NCBI RefSeq assembly: GCF_006345805.1
Contig: NW_021835778.1
Location: 1-38,463 of the forward strand
DNA length: 38,463 nucleotides
Source of the DNA: Octopus sinensis
Taxonomy: Eukaryota
Direction of reading: 5' to 3'
Made by a program: the position numbers and the translations under genes. The notes under the pieces are model-generated. The model saw only the letters and a list, made by a program, of their open reading frames with translations. It ran no database searches and was not told the DNA's origin. This document shows positions 37,756 to 38,463 of this stretch, one piece after another (the first letter of the stretch is position 1; every line of letters begins with the position of its first letter).

Positions 37756-38309
37756 GTAAGTCATGGATTTTGCGTTAATATATTTATGTCTTTATGTATT
37801 TATATATGCATGTATGTATGTATGCATTTACGTATGTATGTATTAATATGTGGATGTATGTACGTACCGATGGATGGATGGATGTAAGGATGTATGCATG
37901 AATCACGTACATATGTTCCTATGGAGCACACACACACACATAAGATCACACACATAATCACACACGAACACACAGGCGCACACACCTAAACATACATATG
38001 TGTATATACATATATATACTTATTCGTGTATTTATATATATAATATACATATATATGTATATATAAATATACATATATATGAATTTATTAGCACGTGTAC
38101 ATATATATATATATAGAAACATATATATGCGTGTGTGTATCTCTCTCTCTATATATATATTTTGGTTTCTCTAGAAGTCATTTTTTAAGTAGAAGTAATA
38201 GCTAAGATTTTTGGCTGCTACTTCTAAACTTCGCTATGTGGTAAAGCAAATCTTTGCTGAACTCTCTTATTAAGTATGTATATATATATATATATACATA
38301 CATATATAG

Positions 38310-38373
<64 letters not shown>

Positions 38374-38463
38374 GCACAAACATGTATATGCGTGTGTGTA
38401 TGTTACTATCTGTGTATCTCTCTCTCTCTGCCTCTCTCTATACTATATATGTGTGTGGTGTGT

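Larger units (their letters stand above)
34599..38463 (+). repeat. Tandem segmental unit D (upstream region, exon 1 and start of intron 1; truncated by the window)
   Basis: Collinear with 1-2900. Confidence 0.9.

Overview
Microsatellite- and transposon-rich animal genomic DNA, most likely an octopus or other coleoid cephalopod (inferred from the SINE families and repeat density, not proven). The window is a head-to-tail tandem segmental array with a period of about 15 kb (exon 1 at 22500 and 37612). It holds four copies of one four-exon plus-strand gene: A 1-14200, B 14201-19965 (exons 3-4 only), C 19966-34598 and D 34599-end (exon 1 only in view). The spliced product is about 256 aa: a short N-terminus, one hydrophobic anchor, a charged stalk and a cysteine-rich domain (YTRWGRTTCP...GGGSNLLCLP...VPCAVC...LPCPPY...ELTCVVCSK). 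This domain resembles the spongin short-chain-collagen (C4/NC1-like) family, but there is no collagen helix. All three copies of exon 4 are open, and the A and C copies differ far more than the adjacent intron does. As assembled, A and C carry small-exon frameshifts that may be consensus errors. The introns contain decayed RTE LINEs, Helitron pieces and tRNA-derived SINEs. They also contain three kinds of (TA)n-associated elements with hammerhead ribozyme motifs, two of them as copy-specific palindromes. Almost all ORF-track entries are translations of microsatellites or antisense frames. All counts are by hand and approximate.
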